64,000 bases of DNA, from positions 32,738,001 to 32,802,000 of the forward strand of contig NC_086108.1 in NCBI RefSeq assembly GCF_963921235.1, read 5' to 3'. The stretch is from Mobula hypostoma (taxonomy: Eukaryota). The position numbers and the translations under genes were made by a program. The notes below the pieces were generated by a model that saw only the letters and a list, made by a program, of their open reading frames with translations, was not told the DNA's origin and made no database searches. Below, piece by piece: positions 63,642 to 64,000 of the stretch (position 1 is the stretch's first letter; each line of letters opens with the position of its first letter).

Positions 63642-64000
63642 CAGCAGTCCCCAAACACCGTGCCGCAAAGCATGTGCTACCGGGCCGTGAGGAAGCGATC
63701 TGAGTCAGCTGCACCTTTCCTCATTCCCTGTCACGCACTGTTGAACTTGAACATAGGGTTGCCAACTGTCCCGTATTTGCCGGGACATCTGGTATAGTGG
63801 GCTAAATTGGTTTGTCCCATACGGGACCGCCCTTGTCCTGTATTTCCCCCGCTAAGGTACAGCGTTCCTATGAAAACTTTCGTGCCGAAATGGTGTAAAG
63901 CGAAGAAGCAATTACCATTCATTTATATGGGAAAAATTTTTGAGCGTTTCCAGACCCAAAAAATAACCTACCAAATCATACCAAATAACACATAAAACCG
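63642..64000 (+). mobile_element. hAT-type element end, with a second hAT-like end at 63754
   Basis: CAGCAGTCCCCAAAC after a ttctaagc target; TAGGGTTGCCAACTGTCCCG at 63754; other ends lie outside the window. Confidence 0.55.

Noticed and set aside
1..64000. tRNA, rRNA or prokaryotic defence systems
   Set aside because: None recognised; B-box-like motifs belong to SINEs and all RT domains belong to known retroelement clades.

Overview
Repeat-dense vertebrate genomic DNA, most likely a cartilaginous fish (ray or shark). That assignment is inferred from the mix of V-SINE/HE1-like SINEs, CR1, Rex1/Babar-like and Neptune-type Penelope repeats. The only host protein-coding material I recognise is a rearranged flavin-containing monooxygenase (FMO5-like) locus. 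A minus-strand gene has a probable non-coding exon 1 (~15633-15692) and intact coding exons 2 (9025-9162) and 3 (6096-6284), then runs off the left edge. A plus-strand paralogous pseudogene has a decayed exon 4 (22578-22737), a frameshifted exon 7 (26823-27134) and an open last exon (34860-35208). The two copies share an inverted duplication (1193-5200 vs 20140-22451) and a direct duplication (14620-16350 vs 29210-40440). The direct duplication places a second copy of the minus-strand promoter/exon-1 block just downstream of, and antisense to, the pseudogene's 3' end. The rest is mostly transposons: CR1, Rex1/Babar, RTE and Nimb/I LINEs, Gypsy elements and solo LTRs, Tigger, mariner, Tc1 and hAT derivatives. 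There are many Penelope-like (Neptune) elements carrying minimal hammerhead ribozyme motifs, including a young copy with a long RT frame (56177-58719) and short fold-back derivatives with 13-15 bp TSDs. All alignments and identities were judged by eye; repeat boundaries are approximate unless a TSD or TIR is quoted.
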